Assembly (NCBI RefSeq): GCF_037042905.1 | Contig: NC_087245.1 | Coordinates: 36,954,001-37,018,000, forward strand | Length of the DNA stretch: 64,000 nucleotides | DNA from: Lytechinus pictus | Taxonomy: Eukaryota | Reading direction: 5' to 3' | Part shown: positions 63,095 through 64,000 of the stretch, in pieces | Layout of the letters: every line of letters begins with the position of its first letter | How positions within the stretch are numbered: position 1 is the stretch's first letter | The notes under the pieces: model-generated | Databases searched by the model: none | Told to the model about the DNA's origin: nothing | What the model saw: the letters and a program-made list of their open reading frames with translations, nothing else | Made by a program: the position numbers and the translations under genes

Positions 63095-64000
63095 GCAAGT
63101 TTGATTTTACCATGAGAATGGTTATCATTTTGTGTGCGTGTGGACTTCACATCACAGCCTGGTTGACGAACTTCGCGCACTTCATTCATTCATTCATTCA
63201 ACATGTTCAACTTAATACGATCGCCATATTATATCTCAATATGGGATTGTGTGCATCGAATGCTGACATTTTCGGGATTGCGCCACACAAGTGAAATTGA
63301 ATGCTGGTGTTGACTTTGTCTATGGGTGTCTCTTTTTCATAAACGCTTTCTAAATATCCATAACTGTCTGAATAATTGAGTGAATATGGATATTCATGTC
63401 TTTTCAGTTTTTGTCATGTTTGTTGGGATATTTTGTGGTCAAAATTTCCTAAACTTTTTCAGACTCACTCAGTCTCAGAGTCAACTTTGACGGTTTCGGT
63501 TTGGAAAGTAGTTCTACATGCACTACTATTACTAAATTAGTAACTTGCTTAGCTACTATTTTTACTACCTGCAGCTGGGACCTGTTTCTAGTTCCAAATA
63601 ACCCCCCCCCCCCAAAAAAAAAAAAAAAAAAAAAAAACAATAACAAGACAGTCATTATCTAAAGGAAACCAGCTTCATGAATGGAAGGCTTTAATAGTGT
63701 TATATTCAATTACTGATCATGAGCATTTATACTGTTAAGTAAATGTATAAATGTATGATGTTGTCAGATTCATTTCCTATTTATGATTTACATAGATGTG
63801 AATGTGAAGAATAAATAATTTCTTTCTATTAAGTAATGTGTTGTGTGCATTGCAGAAGTAAGAGTTAGCTGTCATTATCCTAAACTTCTAAAGCCACATC
63901 TTCAATATCAAATTCGTAATTAAGTTTGACACTTTGAAAATTAGTATTTGAAATATATCTTTGAAAGTTGAAAGTATAAGATAAAGATCTTGAATCTTGA

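Overview
AT-rich, intron- and repeat-dense animal genomic DNA. An echinoderm such as a sea urchin is inferred from the gene and repeat content but not proven. Genes I can support: (1) the 3' part of a six-exon type I membrane protein (SRCR-WSC-CCP/sushi-stalk-TM-Cys/basic tail, 307-8019 +), assembled by hand with consistent phase-1 introns; (2) two convergent paralogous single-coding-exon rhodopsin-class GPCRs with signal peptides (19416-20600 +, 29754-30986 -), plus an isolated GPCR TM7/helix-8 relic at 17738-17804; (3) a two-exon GT31 beta-1,3-galactosyltransferase (53450-56259 -); (4) the first coding exon of a ZC3H15/DFRP1 homolog (63023-63094 +) ending in a GC splice donor. The rest is non-autonomous transposons (Helentron-type HINEs carrying ~150-163 bp tandem arrays, hAT-like, Harbinger-like, Tc1-like, CACT-ended and TTAA MITEs), tRNA-derived SINEs, LINE fragments and long microsatellites. 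No prokaryotic features, CRISPR, rRNA or intact transposase were seen. I found no demonstrably new system. The best leads are the mosaic receptor, the GPCR cluster with a duplicated inverted upstream element, and a MITE family with 6-bp target duplications.
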